Shown here in pieces: positions 63,787 through 64,000 of a DNA stretch of 64,000 nt; within the stretch, counting starts at the first letter, position 1, and each line of letters opens with the position of its first letter. A model generated the notes under the pieces. The model searched no databases, was not told the DNA's origin, and saw only the letters and a program-made list of their open reading frames with translations. The DNA comes from Octopus bimaculoides (Eukaryota), in NCBI RefSeq assembly GCF_001194135.2, contig NC_068982.1:122912007-122976006 (forward strand), in the 5' to 3' direction. The position numbers were made by a program, and so were the translations under genes.

Positions 63787-64000
63787 TGTACAGTGAATGT
63801 GTGATATGTGAATGGAGAGGGACAATGTTAAGAATGAAGGATGGATTTTAAGTGAAGTTATTCTGGAAGTGAGAAAGATGTAATTCTGTTCTCAGTTACA
63901 ACAGCAGTATACTGCAGTTATGCTAGTAATGGAGGGATCAGTGATAGGGGGTGAGAAGGTAGGAGGGAAGGGTTCACAAGCAAATTGGACACAATTTCCA

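Noticed and set aside
62388-64000. Search for the next upstream SCaMC exon (EF-hand 3)
   Set aside because: No EF-hand-coding segment with splice sites found; the region is repeats, so the exon presumably lies outside the window.

Overview
AT-rich, repeat-dense eukaryotic window. The SINE, MITE and microsatellite content looks like an Octopus (cephalopod) draft assembly; this is an inference from repeat recognition, not a database search. There are four N-gaps, all bordered by (TA)n-type repeats. Gene content I could reconstruct by hand with GT-AG boundaries and consistent phases: (1) a probable terminal coding exon of an unidentified plus-strand gene (2787-2986); (2) a complete 4-exon, 113-aa RIIAD1 gene on the minus strand (18097->11435), absent from the ORF track because its exons are short; (3) two identical, divergently oriented tRNA-Ser(AGA) genes (18472-18553 minus, 20054-20135 plus); (4) the last seven coding exons of a calcium-binding mitochondrial carrier (SCaMC, SLC25A23/24/25 family) on the minus strand (62387->39744), whose 5' exons probably lie beyond the window. 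Mobile DNA: a decayed L1/Tx1-like LINE (about 21040-25900) whose RT domain is split at AFDRV|DH by a 1026-bp TG...CA solo LTR with a perfect 4-bp target-site duplication; a second ORF1 relic; a hAT-type MITE with a nested SINE; a non-autonomous Helitron; a piggyBac-like MITE; and many SINEs. No CRISPR array or prokaryote-type system is supported. The most interesting leads are a possible spliced 70-aa downstream ORF starting 8 nt after the RIIAD1 stop, the LTR-in-LINE nest with a PBS-like hairpin, an X-box plus CRE promoter next to a tRNA pair, a NEMP-like orphan exon, an exact 108-bp local duplication, and a candidate poison exon in the large SCaMC intron.
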